Shown here piece after piece: positions 50,197 through 63,243 of a stretch of DNA of 64,000 nt (the stretch's first letter is position 1; each line of letters opens with the position of its first letter). Position numbers and translations under genes: made by a program. The stretch spans positions 36,627-100,626 of the forward strand of contig JALMLS010000387.1 of the NCBI GenBank assembly GCA_038496445.1, given 5' to 3'. Below the pieces are notes generated by a model. The model was not told the DNA's origin. It saw only the letters and a list, made by a program, of their open reading frames with translations, and ran no database searches. The DNA is from Trichosphaerium sp. ATCC 40318 (lineage: Eukaryota > Protista > Tubulinea).

Positions 50197-51276
50197 ATGA
50201 CAGAGCAACGTACGATTTACCTTTCAAAACAAAATTGCTACCATATACTGTAGCTCTCCCAACACTTTTCGGTGTTTTGGATAGTATACCAGTGCAGAAT
50301 CTAGTCCAAGGGGAGCAGAAAAAGCACAAAAGAACTAACAAAAGTGTTCCCTCAAAAAAAAGAAAAACTGGTAAGAAGATATTTGTTGTTCATTTTTTCT
50401 GCTTGAAACAACGGAATGGTCTTTTATTTTGTCGTATCTAGCTAACCAACATTTAGTAGAGAGCCTTCTTTTAGAAATTCCAAAAATACCTACGGTTTTG
50501 ACCTGCACCGATCTAGGGAAACCAAAAAACAAGATTCCTTTGGCAGCCCCTAAAATTGTAGTACCAGCAAACTCAAGTACGTTCAGTACTTCGGTATTCT
50601 ACCTAATCTTCAAAAAAACGTGTTTCTTCTCGCTCATCCTATGCTTCAAAAAACATGCGTAAGCTCCTGGGCAACTCCAAAACAAGCGCTCTGATTGTAC
50701 TAGTGTTAGTAGTGGTACGTGTTACTTCAATCAAAAACAGAATCCAATTTTTGTTTAGATTCTCAAATTGGGTGTAAGAAAGGTGACTGAAAAGGTCTTT
50801 GAAGTGTTGTACAAGCAAAAAAAACTGACTTAAATCATTTTGTGAAACATAGTTGCAAACGATCTCTACTTATGTCTTTTGATTTTTTAGTGAACGTGAA
50901 TTATTTTATCGTTGCATATTGCTACTTAAGCCTTGCAAAAAAAAGAATGCCAATGATATACAGAGTGCCCGTAAAGCTATTAAGAAGTATGATAATGTCC
51001 AGTTTTTTATTTTCCTCTTTGATCCACGATACTTATTTTCATTCCAGTTGGGTAACAATCAGCAAGAGTGAGGATTCCTGTCTGTACTTGACCGTTGACG
51101 AAAAGCGCCAAAACAGTTGGGATGCCACATATAAATTTGTACAAAGCACGTTGCAAGACGAGGAGCGTGTTCAATGCTTGTTCTACGAACAGGAAACTTC
51201 TAGGAGTCTACTATTGAACAGTTTTGAGTTTGTAGAGTCTTTGAAGGAGTATGTTACTGTTGTCTATGGCCTCTGA
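50197..51276 (+). CDS. Uncharacterised protein; inverted paralog of 60884-62505
   Basis: Shared exons LVESLL.EIP.IP..KIPL..P.IVVP and WVTISKSED..EERVQCLF..SRSLLL.SFEFV..VVYGL*. Confidence 0.5.
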
Positions 51277-52203
51277 AAGAAACGTTGTAATACATACATG
51301 CTCAACTAGTGTAGAGTAAATTGTTTAGTACCATTCACTTGTACCTCAAGCGTGACGTAGCAGTTTCCCTTGTATTTTTCTGTTGACGCTTTTTGAATGA
51401 TTCACATCAAAGTCTCAATAACACTATCTAACGCGCAATAGAGCAAAAACGAGTTCTGCTGAAGTATTTATTAATGACCAATTGTACAGCAGACTTTGAT
51501 TGCTTCAACAACGGCCTTTGCTTCGATAATGAGTGCAAATGTCTATTTGCATACGGAGGGAGTAGGTACGGCTAAGATATGAAGCGTTTGATTATTAAAA
51601 AAAATAGATATTCCGGTTTGTTTTTCTGCTCCATAACGCACTAACTATGTTAAAGGTGTGAGTACAAACCGTACGGTAAGATCCTGAATCAAATGTCTTC
51701 TATCGTTTATTATTATTATCGCAACACAATCCAATCACGTGATATTTTTGAATAATACAATTTACTTGTTGTATCTCCCACACGTCACAAGCGTACTGGA
51801 GTGCTAGAATCAAATTCTACGCTTGAGAATTTATCACGTGATTTTTTTTTAATTGATTGGTTTTTTTTTCATGTACAAAAAGGGTATCTGGGCACTTCAA
51901 CTGAATGCAAAAACAATGACGATAAAGTCGTTATGGGTGCACATAACTGTTTATCTTTGTAAGCTAAAGAGCAGTAGCTTCAGTGCTCTAACAATCATGA
52001 AAAAGGTACGAAAAAAAAATACAAAAAGGCATTCTTGCAAGTTTGTGCCTTCATCCTTTATAAATACGCGTTTTCATGGTGTACAATAATAATGATTACT
52101 AATAATTCCAATTTTAGGTGTATAAACTTGTTGCTGTGAGTTTTACGCAAGGGTTTGTTTATTTTTTAGCTCTCGCTATATTCAACCTTATGCGTGCGTT
52201 TTG
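50370..52203. repeat. Inverted segmental duplicate of ~58.9-61.75 kb with internal deletions
   Basis: Long reverse-complement identity covering both exons and introns. Confidence 0.85.
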
Positions 52204-52586
52204 TACCATGGCACCACATGCTTATTTTAAGTTCTACATGCTCTCAATGGCTTTGAAATCCGTTTGTGTTCGATACATAGGTCCAAAGCCTAGTATCAAG
52301 CATAAACAAGCAAAAAAGGTTGAGTTTTCCCTTATTTTTCTTAGCTGGTTTTCGCTGGTCCCAGAACCCTTAAACGGCTTACCGGCTATTACTATTTAGC
52401 GACCACCTCTAGTTTGTTGTTTTTTGATCAAATTTTATTGTTAGACGTACTACAAGTGTATCCTTAAATAAAAAACTGTTATCTAGTACATTTTTAGGTT
52501 ATAAACATAGTGTAATTAAGGCACTTGAATGTTTTTTTGGTGACTTCTACAATATAAAACGTTTTATTTACACAGGTGATTGCTAA

Positions 52587-53315
52587 CTAACCAAAATCAT
52601 ATCTGATTTGTAAAGCACCTGCCAAATAACCAAACCTGTTATAACCGACAAAAAACAAGATTGTTGTAGTATAGTCAGTAACAGTAGCAACGTAGTGAGC
52701 ATCCTTTATACTAATATCATCGAATCCAAATAAATCTAAGTTCTTTACATCTGCGAGTGGTGGTGTTGAATGTTTTTCTACTTCTTTCATACCAATAAGC
52801 TTCAGAAAGTCCTCACCAGATGGAGGACACTCATTTTTGTTTTTTCCTACTTTATTATGGTTGTGGGTATGTAAAAAGCCAGTTACTTCAAAAAATCCAT
52901 TAAGATGTATTGTATGTTCGAATAGCAGATACTCCTTCAACGACAACAATGTGAAAAGCCTCTGTTGGCAATCATTAATGTCATTAGAGCATGTTTTGGG
53001 GTCTAGAAGAAGCCACGTTTCAGAAGGCATCAAAACTGCGAATCTCTTATGCTTTTGAGATGATGTACGTATCAAATTATGTTGAAAGGGGTCTCTGAGG
53101 TTTCCTCCACTATCTGGTTCCTCTTCAATTTGCCATAACTGTATGTAGTATGATAATGCTCGGGCTACAATGGGTTTTGAGAGAATTATAGACCGAAAAG
53201 CATGAGATACGACCAAACAATCGCTAAGGGTTTCCAAGCTTGTTAAAGCCACTTCTTTTAATATTTCTTGGCGTATCTCTGGCGGTACATAACCGAATAC
53301 ATCCACTTCAGACAT
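52587..53315 (-). CDS. F-box protein (intact copy, intronless)
   Basis: FGYVPPEIRQEILKEV..CLVVSHAFRSII; 242-aa ORF; paralog of 19951-20697. Confidence 0.85.
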   Translation of the reverse strand: MSEVDVFGYVPPEIRQEILKEVALTSLETLSDCLVVSHAFRSIILSKPIVARALSYYIQLWQIEEEPDSGGNLRDPFQHNLIRTSSQKHKRFAVLMPSETWLLLDPKTCSNDINDCQQRLFTLLSLKEYLLFEHTIHLNGFFEVTGFLHTHNHNKVGKNKNECPPSGEDFLKLIGMKEVEKHSTPPLADVKNLDLFGFDDISIKDAHYVATVTDYTTTILFFVGYNRFGYLAGALQIRYDFG

Positions 53316-53990
53316 ACCTTCCCAGCAGTATTTTTGATGTATCGTTAGTCACGTGACAGAGAAATAGTTTGACTGTATAGTAGTAAACTCACCCGTGTTC
53401 AGTTTAACTATTGTCACGTGACATGATGTATTTAACTTTGCCTGACATTACTAACACTTGACATAACAAGCAAGTAGTATTCATCATTGTCAGTGTCATT
53501 CAAGTTTGCACAACTTTGCAACTTTTTGCTGTTTTGTATACTACTTTGTGACTTGTGGTTCTCGTGTTTAGTCAGATCTATCAAAAACTACCAGATCTGA
53601 CGGATCTCGACGCTTTTGGAAAATAAAATCCACGTGTACAACCCATGCAGATAATTTAACCAATTTTGTTTTATTTGGTACACTAGCGTATGCAGTTCTG
53701 TTGGCGTCTCTGATGACCTCTAAGGACCAACAGTTGTCTCCTATACTCTAAAACAGATTATTACGCTATGCTAATACCGTACACTCAGCGCAAGATACTG
53801 TTGGAAGCGCTTGGAATTTTCTTTGAGGTTTAACGTCTACTACTGTTTCTCAAAGTCTCTTGGCCGAAATTTATTTTTGAGCACGTGATGTGACGGTAAA
53901 GAAGTTTCTTAGTTCATCACAATACAGTAATACGAGTTGAAACGAAGCCTAGTAACACTGTACATACTTTGTGAAGCTAAATTGATAGAT

Positions 53991-54626
53991 ATGACTAATA
54001 ACCCTCAATATTGTCATCTACTGCGTCTACCACTTGAGCTACAGCTTGATATCATTGATCTAGACATTCAAGTATACGTAAAATGGCCCATTTTATCAAA
54101 AACCACAGCAACGACAACAAGATTTGATAGCAAGCTTAAAAAGCATGGAAAATGGAAAAGAATAGCAAAAACTCCGGAATACTCTACTTCTTCTTCTCCT
54201 GTTGTACAAACTGCTCTTCAATATTATATACATGGTAAACGCAATGGTGAGAGTAAGAGGTGGGATGATTATAGCCGCTTACTTCTCGATTATAACTACG
54301 TTGATGGTGTAAGACATGGAGAGTACAAAAAATTTTACAATAATGGAAAATGTCGTATACATACTTGGTTCGTTAATGGTAAGTATAATGGCGATTATAA
54401 GGAATGGCATAAGAATGGAGTGTTGTCTGTGCATTGTACTTATGTCGATGGTAAGCAACACGGGGAGTTCAAAGAGTGGTATATGAATGGCGTGCTTGAT
54501 TATCATAGTTGGTACAAACATGGTAAGAAGCATGGGGAACATAAGGCGTTTTTTTGTGCTGGGCAGATGTATGATTGGTGTATATATGTCAATGGTAACA
54601 GAGAAGTTGATAAGATGAAGAAGTAG
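53991..54626 (+). CDS. F-box + MORN-variant (YwqK-like) repeat protein
   Basis: LLRLPLELQLDIIDL, then repeated Y.DG..HGEYK.W..NG units. Confidence 0.85.
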   Translation: MTNNPQYCHLLRLPLELQLDIIDLDIQVYVKWPILSKTTATTTRFDSKLKKHGKWKRIAKTPEYSTSSSPVVQTALQYYIHGKRNGESKRWDDYSRLLLDYNYVDGVRHGEYKKFYNNGKCRIHTWFVNGKYNGDYKEWHKNGVLSVHCTYVDGKQHGEFKEWYMNGVLDYHSWYKHGKKHGEHKAFFCAGQMYDWCIYVNGNREVDKMKK

Positions 54627-54936
54627 GCAGCTATCAGCGTCAATGATTTTGTTACAGAGTGAACAGAATCAACCTTTTTGTTAGTTTAATTTTTATCACT
54701 GGATACTTTAATAAATAGACAAGAATGAACTGTTACGACTTGTAAACCAATAAACTAGATAGCTACTTATCACGTCTACATTCAAGTTCGAAGATGTTGT
54801 ACAGAGTTGTACGCCCTAAACAGCTAACATCTATCTGCGAAAAAAAAGACTAAAATTTCCGCGAAATAGCAAAAGTACACATTGAATTGTTTCAAATAAA
54901 GTTTATTTACGTAGTACTAAAACACTATTGTCTTAG

Positions 54937-57454
54937 TTATGGCCAACAATAAAAGAGTTGTAAAACGACCAAAAGAAGCGCTACTGTTGTTGTAAGTGTA
55001 GTAGCAGAAGATATTGACTCGGTAGGAGCGGCTGTCATATCAGGTGGGTTCATTGGAGCATCTGTCACTGCTGGTTCAATAAACGTTTCAGTTGGTGCAA
55101 GCGAAGTATCAGGACACGTGTCTACTTCTTCAACAAATGTGACAACAACTTTACTATCCGGACCATCTAGTACTTTGTGAATAACATACTCTTCGTTTGG
55201 TTTAAGCAAAAAAACCACGTACCACTGTTCCCTAACGGAGGATTTTGTGAAAGAACTCTATCACCTAATCCGCCACAGAATATTGCATTATCGTTAAGCA
55301 GTCCACAATATCTAGGGTTATTTTGAGATGATGATTTACGGGTGAAACGATACAAACCTCATTCTTGGCATTACTGGGTAGTAAATCAAGTACGCTTGAC
55401 ACATTTCTTCACTTGATGCAGAACCAAATATCACATCTTCGCTTGAGCGTTCAGTGTTGAAAGTGCAGTGTAAGTTAATACGATCGCCACGTGATATTGT
55501 ATAGTTGACCTCTGAGAACTGTTGGAACGCTATTGGACAAAGTAAGCGAGTTGAACTGGCGAGAATCGAGTTCTTACCAAAGTCCCAGAAGTCAATACGA
55601 TTTGAAGATGCAACAACTTTACCATCACGTGTTATGTTTGTGTAAATACTTGAACCTGAGAACAAACAATATTTAGTTGTTGTCTTTCATATCACATAGT
55701 GGTCAGGCGTACCATACTCGTGCATGTGTAAGAAACTACCAATAACTGTAATCTCATCTTCCGCCCATTGGTCGCTTGTTGTACAAGCAGGAGAGCAACT
55801 TGTTTCAGTGTGATGCTATTGTAGCAAGTAAGCAAATAGATAGTTTTCCAACAACACTTACAGCAACTGAACCAGCAGGAATAGGTGGTAGAGCTAAAAT
55901 AGGATCGCCAATACTGATGATACCAGCTTCAATAGGTCTTAGATTTGTAGTTACAAATGCGGCAATGCCAGAGCTAAATACACATAAGTAAAGAAAAACT
56001 GTAGAAACCATACTTATCACGAACACCAGCATCAAGACTTGGATTATCATAATGAATCTCAACTACCAAATCAGTTGCATCTACTGGTCCACCCATAGGG
56101 ACACCTGAACAATGGTAAGTACAAAAGATAGAGCGATTGGGGAAAACACATACCAACATTTTCAGGGAATTTGTATCCTGTAGCGCCTTTTGCCCAAGCC
56201 CATACAAGTGTACAACCAACATCACCCTTATCAGAATCTTAGCAAAATACAGGCTGTACTATTTGGTACCTGAGGCGATTTACACTGAGCACCGGCTCCT
56301 CTCCACAACTCAAGTTTTGCACGACCTGCTGGATCTGAAGCCAGTTCTGAACAATCATGAAATAGCATGTGATGAACGTATTTCTCATTGTCAATCACAG
56401 GTTCAAACTATTGATATAAAACGTTATCTCTGAGAAAATACTAGGAATAGTGTGTACCATCAATGCGTGTAACTTTGTAAGATTAGATAGTTGCCTGTAG
56501 TGGCATGAATAAGTTGTGACTTCTGCTGGTATTTCGTAGTCTAGAAAACAAATGAGTTTTAATAAACTATATCTACTCTGTACCGCTCATAAGGAATACT
56601 TCCTTTGATGTCCCAGATGGTGGTGTGAGAGGTGAGTCACCGAAAAACACAATACCACTAGCAACTAATTTGCGTAAGGAACTAGTTTCATGGTGTTCTT
56701 AGTTTATAATAAAAAGGTGTACCTCTGTTTTGTCCATGGTAAGAGACTACATCATTTGCACCCCAAGCGGCTACAACTTTATTTACTCCACTGGTAATAG
56801 GGCGATCCTAGAAAGTTGTTAAAAAGTGTATTCCAAATGGCCAAAGTAAATTAAGTAGGACGGATGCTGTACATTTTGATCTTGAGTATCAAGCTTTCTG
56901 GTGACCTCAATGATTGTCGTTGTATTGCTTTGTTCACCAGACACTATTTTCCAATGCTGACAAGAGTCCTTGATTGGTGTAATGCCAGTCTAGACACCAA
57001 GCTAAGCACAATGCATTTCGTGATATCGCCTTACCTTTGTACAGTACATGTCGCTCACTTCAACTCTTCCAGTGGTGTCTAAAGCGTATTGTTAGGCACA
57101 AACATTGTGGTATTAAACAGTACGAATAGTGTACCATCAACAAAACCCCAAACCATATCAGATCCTCCCATGCTGAAAAAGAACCATTAGTACGACGCTA
57201 ACAAAGCCAGTTAAATCCACTTACCTTCCACTTGTTGGCTCGCCAATACCAAAAGAGATGTATCCAGTTGTCTTGACTTCAAACGCTAAGAAGATGTCTT
57301 GGTTTGCTTCATCAACACGCCAATACAAAGTGAAGATATCAGAGGCAAGAGTTTGTTTGTTTGGATATTCTTGTGGATCAAAAGAAGCCGATACACATAA
57401 GTAAGGTATAACACAGAATAGAACAAGTATGAATACTGTTGGAAGTGTTGTCAT
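54937..57454 (-). CDS. DOMON + copper type II ascorbate-dependent monooxygenase (DBH/MOXD1-like), multi-exon
   Basis: Signal peptide; DOMON (LYWRVD, GYISFG, MGGSD); Cu ligands YVHHML, EIHYDNP, LHMH and EEMC; hydrophobic C-terminus. Confidence 0.9.
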
Positions 57455-58299
57455 TGTTATTATTGTTTGAATTTATTGTCTTTTCGGTACAACTGTCCGG
57501 GACAATCAAAAAGATGTTTTTGTTCACGTGAATCGAAACAATTTTCCCGCAACTTTTTTTCTATTACTCGTTAGCGATTGAGTAGAATACCTCATATACT
57601 AAAAGATACAGCGATTTAATTTTTTATGGGAACGGGAAATAAAAAAACCCTCTTCTTTTAACATTGTCTTAAGTCAACTTTTTTTTTTTTTTTCGTTCAC
57701 AACATGCATACGATCCACAGCGTATACTATCGTCGACTATTGGCTTTTAGAAGTAATACAGGGAATATTCCAAAGCTATTTTTTGGATAAAGACAAGTAA
57801 TAGCGCCAACAGTTGCGAGTTTATTACAGGGAAACATTCAACAGTTCTTACTCACGTGTTTGTTTCAAAAGACAGCTGAGTGTATGTCCAACAAAAAAAA
57901 AACAACCGCTGATCCTTCACCATCAAACTATCTCGGTTGTCGCGTTGCTCTTTATTTCGGTATAAGGCTTCCTTTTTTTGAGATAAAGGAAATACACGAG
58001 ACCAAAAACAGTGCCTGACATCACGCACTTGTTAGAGAGATTATCAAACACATTCAAAAAACAAGTACGTACTACATAGGCAAATCAACACCAATACTAC
58101 TATGCCAACTACCATAGCAATCCTGAAGCCCAAGGATCCAAAGTTGATGTTAACTTCTATGGACAACAAATTAGAAAACTCACATAGTTAATAGAGATAG
58201 AGATTAACCGACAGTAAAAATAGCAGTTACTTTTACTTTTATTTGTCTACGCGCCGGGACTGACCCATTCTTAAGCGAGCCTACATTGGTGCTCACTAA

Positions 58300-60398
58300 G
58301 GGTTGACATTTGGAGTTGCACCAAACCAATCTTCCACGTGTGTATATGACTAGGACACCAACTACTTGATTGGACCGTAAAATAGAGCGAGTTTTCTGGC
58401 GTTATAGATTTGTTTGTTGTTTTACTGGAGCATTTGAATTACTGGAGCTTTTGAATTATTTAGACTGCTAGCATGAATATGGCTGTACTTCAAAAAATAT
58501 TAAATCAAAACAGGAACTCGAGTGTTCTCGCTTTATCCCGCCGATTTTCAGCAAAGTTTGTTCCAATTTCTAGTACCTGTTACCCCGTACAACTGCAAGC
58601 GCCTTGATGTTCTTGTTTTCGACAAAATTGAGTACCTTTACAATCTTCTCATTCTTGAGAAAAGAGTTAAGGTATGTTTCTACCACGCTAAGGTTACTGC
58701 AAATCTGGGTTACATAAACAATTTTTTTTATATTTACATTTCAATCGTTTTTGCTCTCTCAGGCGTCATTGTAAACATTACACCGACTATCAAACCAGCT
58801 TCCATAAGTCTAAATAACATATGGCTTACTGCATAGAACGTTGTATAATTTTGTCCTGCCTCTTTAGTGATAACAAATGCACGCATAAGGTTGAATATAG
58901 CGAGAGCTAAAAAATAAACAAACCCTTGCGTAAAACTCACAGCAACGAGTTTATACACCTAAAATTAAAATTGTCAGTAGTCATTATTATTGTGCATGCG
59001 CTGAAAACGCATATTTATAAATGGTGAAGGCACAAGCGTGCAAGAAAGCCTTTTTGTATTTTTTTTCGTACCTTTTTCATGATTGTGTTAAGTGCGCTGA
59101 AGCTACTGCTCTTTAGCTTCGAGTATGCTATCCATCCACTAAATGCGAATATAACGCCACAAATCAACACTAAAATAACTGTATAACCCCAGTAAAAGTA
59201 ATCTAAGACACCAGATGAATCAGTTCTCCGAAGAAGGCCAACAGTAAGTTCAACTATGAGTAACACTTTTTTTGCATGAAAAGATTAGTGGAATGTTCTA
59301 TTCAACTGAATCAATTTACCTACTAGCGATGCCCAACACATCCATAATAAAAAGTGTCGAGTAATTAAATTAGGTCTTGGTTCGAATAGAGCCCTACAAG
59401 GTTGTAAACAAACAAAAATCGACGAAGACTAAAGTGGAGGCAACGAAAAAATTTCGTACAACAGTCTTGAGGTGAGTACAAAGCATGCAAATAAGGCAGC
59501 GTTACCTACTGCCCAGAATATTGCAGATACCCACAAAGGTAAATAATTATGTACATGAAAGGGATCAATAAGTTGGAAGAATGCTCTTGCTGAACAAAGA
59601 TTAATAAAAGAAAAACTAACAAAAATTGCTCAAAAACTTTGAACTTCCGGACAGCAAGTCAGGACGTTGACGCGATAATGATTTTTCTATTCAAAAAAAT
59701 AACATCGTGCGTAAATAAATACACTGCCAACTGTCTCGATACTGTATGAGGCTGGAATTTGAATGCAAAAGCAGTTACGTTTTGTATTTATCATAAAAAC
59801 TCGCCTTACCGAAACAAAGAATCATGATAGCCACCCATAACGACTTTATCGTCATTGTTTTTGCATTTAGCTGAAGCGCCCAGATACCCTTTTTGTACAT
59901 ACGCCATCTACAAGAAAAAAAAAACCAATCAATTAAAAAAAAATCACGTGATAAATTCTCAAGCGTAGAATTTGATTCTAGCACTCCAGTACGCTTGTGA
60001 CGTGTAAGAGATACAACAAGTAAATTGTATTATTAAAATCACGTGATTTTATGCGTTACGATAATAATAATAAAAGAAGGTACATTGTTAACCCCAGCAA
60101 TAATATGAATATCGCGCCTATACCTACACTGTACGTCCATAATATAGCGTCTTTTAATTAAATTAGAAAAAGTATGATCGAAGTCAGGATCTTACCGTAC
60201 GGTTTGTACTCACACCTTTAACATAGTTAGTGTGCGTTATAAAGCAGAAAAACAAACCGGAATATCTATTTTTTTTTAAATCAAACGCTTCGTATCTTAG
60301 CCGTACCTACTCCCTCCGTATGCAGATAGACATTTACACTCATTATCGAAGCAAAGGCCGTTGTTGAAGCAATCAAAGTCTGCTGTACAATTGGTCAT
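58300..60398 (-). CDS. EGF-like domain + multi-pass membrane protein (THH1/TOM1-like)
   Basis: MTNCTADFDCFNNGLCFDNECKCLSAYGGSRCE, then several TM exons including RAFFQLIDP. 3' end uncertain. Confidence 0.6.
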
Positions 60399-60883
60399 TA
60401 ATAAATACTTCAGCAGAACTCGTTTTTGCTCTATTGCGCGTTAGATAGTGTTATTGAGACTTTGAGGAATTCTTCATAGCCCTTTCTTGGACATTATAAT
60501 TCAAAAAACGTTTTGAGATTACCCAAGAGGGGTAAGATAAGTACCTCAAGCGTGATGTAGAAGTTTTTCCCTTTTATTGTTCTGTTGACGCTTTTTGAAT
60601 GATTCACAACGGCACCTTTGTAAATCCAAGTTGTTTCTTTTCCAAACTAGTATCTATAACATCAGATTATGTGATTCATGATTTGGTTTTAAAGGTACGG
60701 AATGTTACAGCAGGTACGAACATGTAATAGTCTTGTGCTATGTTTGTTGAAACACTTGCCTACTTATGTTTTCTATTAATAACGGAATACAAGCTACAGG
60801 TATTGGACTATAGTTGCTCAAGTGAATGGTACTAAACAATTTATTCTACACTAGTTGAGCATGTATGTATTACAACGTTTCTT

Positions 60884-62505
60884 TCAGAGGCCATAGACAA
60901 CATTAGCAAACTCCTTCAAAGACTGTACAAACTCAAAACTGTCCAATAGTAGACTCCTAGAAGTGTCCTGTTGGAAGAACAAGCATTGAACACGCTCCTC
61001 GGCTTGCAACGTGCGTTGTACAAAGTCACACGCGGTGTTCCAACTGTCTTGGTGATCTTTGTCAACGGTCAAGTAATCCTCACTCTTGCTGATTGTTACC
61101 CAACTGGAATGAAAATAAGTATCGTGGATCAAAGAGGAAAATAAAAAACTGGACATTATCATACTTCTTAATAGCTTTACGGACACTCTGTTTATCACTG
61201 GCCTTACAATTTTTGTAAGGCTTAAGTAGCAACATGCAACAATAGAACAATTCAGTGTTGCTAAAAAATCAAAAGACGTAAGTAGAGATCGTTCACAAAA
61301 ATGATTTGAGTGAGTTTTTTTTTGCTCGTACAACACTTCAAACCCCTTTTTAGTCTTGCTTTTTCTTACACCCAATTCGAGAATCTACAAACAAAAATTG
61401 GATTCTGTTTTTTATTGAACTTAACGTACCACTGCGAGCACTAACACAAATAGAGCACTTTTGTTGGATTTGCCTAAGAGCTTACGCATGTTTTCTGAAG
61501 CATAGCATGAGCAACAAGAAACACGTTTTTTTGAAGATTTGGTAGAATACCAAACGTACTTGAGGTTTCTGGTACTACGATTTCAGGAGTTGGTAAAGGA
61601 ATCTTTGGTTTTAGCGCAGTGTCGGTCTTAACTTGCGGTATATTTGGAATTTCTGAAAGAAGGCTCTCAACTAAACGTTGGTTAGTTAGATATGACAAAA
61701 TAAAAGAAGTCCCGTTTGCTTCAAGCTGAAATAAATGCAAACAACAAATATTGTCAGGTCATGTTGGAAGTTAACGCTTTCTTTCGTAAGTAAAATAGTG
61801 AAAAAAAAAAAGTATCGCGCAACTTTTCAAAAACACAGCCCCACAAAATACACTTCATTTTGCTTATAAAATGAGCAGTTTCAACATGAGGCTAAAAAGG
61901 TGCAAAAACCGGATAGATTATAAAGAAGTGTTAGTCCTGAACATACTTACCAAACATACGTGAGGTTTCTGGTACTACGATTTCAGTAGTTGCTAAAGGA
62001 ATCTTGCTTTTTGGTTTCCCTAGATCAGTGGTCTGAACTGGCGATATTTTTGGAATTTCTGTATACAAGATTCGTTAACATTGGAGTAAGGTAGATAATA
62101 CAAATGTTGTTTGTTCGAACAAGAAGTTGTGTATCGAACAAAAAATTTTCCTCACAGCATTGTTCGAAAAAAGTTCGAACAAAACAAATCACGTGATGGA
62201 GTGAATACCTTTAAACGTCTTCGGGAGTGATAGCGGTTTTCCTCTACAAACTTTTCTTTTTTTTGGTTTCGGTCCATTTTGAGCCCTACTTCTTTTGCGC
62301 TTTTTCTGCTCCTCTACGTGGACAGGAGATGAATTGTACGGTAGTATGTTCGTATGTTCATCATGGCTTGTTGTTGTAGTCTGTAGCGCTAGACTAAGAC
62401 CAGGAAACAGCTCTTCAGGATCTACAACATCAGTTTTAAAAACCGTAAATAAAAAAGACAATAAAGCTTACTCAGGTCTGGTTCTTTATACACGTCCTGT
62501 TCCAT
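60884..62505 (-). CDS. Uncharacterised, probably nuclear protein, multi-exon
   Basis: Bipartite NLS-like KKRKR..PKKRK; duplicated exon EIP..KIPL..EIVVPETS (~61560-61690 and ~61960-62070). Confidence 0.5.
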
Positions 62506-63243
62506 GTTGGTGTCTGCGTATGTAGGCTGTTCGAACACGTGAACTCTTACAACATTGAGCTGTACTTATACGTACTATTTGCGTTTGAGAGTTATACGTT
62601 GTGTTTAGACATGTCATTTCGTCATAGGTTGCCATTACTACGAGTTTTTATGATCTTGTTTACAGTGTAATAAAGTAAACTTTGAAAAAGAGGCAGTTTT
62701 CAGTACCCATTTGTATTATCTTAACAATGTTAGCGTGACAAGGTAATTCGGTGAACTACCACTTGGGTGTGGAACACTGTTCAATATCGTTGAAAAAAAA
62801 CAACCTAAGTTTGTTTGCTTGCTAAGATATAATCAGAATATGATACCATTCTGTTGTAGTACACTAGAGGTTTTAGGCAACAAATAAAACACAGTTTTTC
62901 AGCGGAGTTTATTATATCACGTGATGAAATGAGATTAATATCTTCTGTAAGTACTCCTAATTTTACCACCGAGGTTGTCCCTCCTGAACCAAGGCGCTAG
63001 GAAAAGTGTATCAAAAGAAAGTATGTGAATAAAAGTTCGTTACAGTTCTATTTGTTCAATTCCTACTTTGTTTTTTTTCCACAGAATGAGCTTAAGGGCC
63101 CTTAAGTATCATTTCGCTAAGTTAACCAAGTCTGGTAAAGTCAGATTAATGTTATGTTAGCCTGATTATTGTACAACTTGACTGCTGGTAACGATAGCTG
63201 CTAAAACGTAAAGGTTTTATTTAAAAAGAAGAAGAAAACGTTA

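Larger units (their letters stand above)
47764..52458. mobile_element. Putative non-autonomous TIR/foldback element carrying captured gene fragments
   Basis: Perfect 33-bp inverted repeat 47778-47810/52412-52444, extending imperfectly to CACT ends flanked by TA on both sides. Internal inverted arms; no transposase ORF. Confidence 0.5.
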
